DNA of 32,000 nt, taken from Megasphaera elsdenii DSM 20460 (GTDB lineage: Bacteria; Bacillota; Negativicutes; Veillonellales; Megasphaeraceae). A program made the translations under genes and the position numbers. Below the pieces are notes generated by a model. That model was not told the origin of the DNA, searched no databases, and saw nothing but the letters and a program-made list of their open reading frames with translations. The stretch is from assembly GCF_003010495.1 (NCBI RefSeq), contig NZ_CP027570.1, forward strand, positions 510,001 through 542,000, read 5' to 3'. Position 1 is the stretch's first letter. Every line of letters begins with the position of its first letter. Below are positions 31,683 to 32,000 of the stretch, one piece after another.

Positions 31683-32000
31683 ATGGAACATGCTTGTGTC
31701 GCAGCCGGGTTATTTCCCCATCCGCCGATTATGCTGCCGGAAATCGGCGGCGATGAGCTGCAAAAGATAGCATCTACGGTACGGGCTGTCCAGGCAGCGG
31801 CCCGATTGATTGTCAGCCAGAAACCGGAAACACTGGTCATCATGTCGCCTCATAACTACGTCTTCCCCGACGGGGCGACGCTCTTGGAGGCGCCCCGCCT
31901 GTATGGCAACCTCGATGCCTTTGGCTATCCGGAACTGGCCATGGATGTCCGCACCGACATGGATCTGGCCGAAGAAATCTTTGAAATCGCCGCCCCGAAA
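31683..32000 (+). CDS. LigB-like (class III extradiol dioxygenase fold) protein, N-terminal part; continues beyond the window
   Basis: RBS AAAGGAGG, ATG at 31683. Own translation MEHACVAAGLFPHPPIMLPEIGGDELQKIASTVRAVQAAARLIVSQKPETLVIMSPHNYVF... The PHPPI..PE.G pattern is as in LigB-domain proteins, which are often fused to AMMECR1. Confidence 0.5.
   Translation, partial: MEHACVAAGLFPHPPIMLPEIGGDELQKIASTVRAVQAAARLIVSQKPETLVIMSPHNYVFPDGATLLEAPRLYGNLDAFGYPELAMDVRTDMDLAEEIFEIAAPK

Overview
The window has two compositional domains. The sequence looks like a GC-rich diderm Firmicute (Negativicutes-like), but that taxon call is inference only.

(1) Positions 1 to ~6.6 kb are low-GC accessory DNA, apparently the right-hand part of an integrative/mobilizable element. 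It contains:
- a divergent cI-like/Cro-like XRE switch with a near-consensus promoter and operator inverted repeats;
- a small Cys-rich ORF and an Xis/AlpA-like HTH;
- a 142-aa putative DNA-binding (Rep-like?) ORF followed by an iteron/inverted-repeat cluster;
- a second small XRE gene;
- two decayed tandem copies of a ~300-340 bp non-coding module;
- five copies of a 17-18 bp GGCAAWTTGCC palindrome;
- a MOBQ (MobA/MobL) relaxase with an R1162/RSF1010-style oriT hairpin plus nick-region motif upstream;
- a self-contained DUF4160/DUF2442 cassette.
No integrase, coupling protein or T4SS lies in the window.

(2) Positions ~6.8 to 32 kb are GC-rich core chromosome, mostly on the minus strand:
- hydE, a uracil permease, a SEDS (FtsW/RodA) protein and trmB;
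- a complete hisZGDCBHAF-IE operon with a large-cap HAD hydrolase and an L-Ala-D/L-Glu epimerase appended;
- DUF951;
- a small-membrane/DUF1700/lipoprotein operon;
- rubrerythrin;
- a DD-carboxypeptidase plus orphan OmpR-type response regulator behind a ~390-nt leader;
- a divergent macro-domain + CpXC zinc-ribbon gene pair;
- a SAM-methyltransferase::CsoR-family fusion;
- a tRNA array (Asp-Phe-Leu-Asp-Leu);
- an EptA-like phosphoethanolamine transferase;
- the start of a LigB-like protein.

Most unusual observations:
- the methyltransferase::CsoR fusion;
- the degenerate macro + CpXC operon;
- the oriT and repeat architecture of the element;
- GTAG-headed REP/REPIN-like extragenic palindromes with a 7-nt tandem phase;
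- the HAD gene as a candidate for the missing histidinol-phosphate phosphatase.

All family assignments come from motif recognition by eye. No database search was run.
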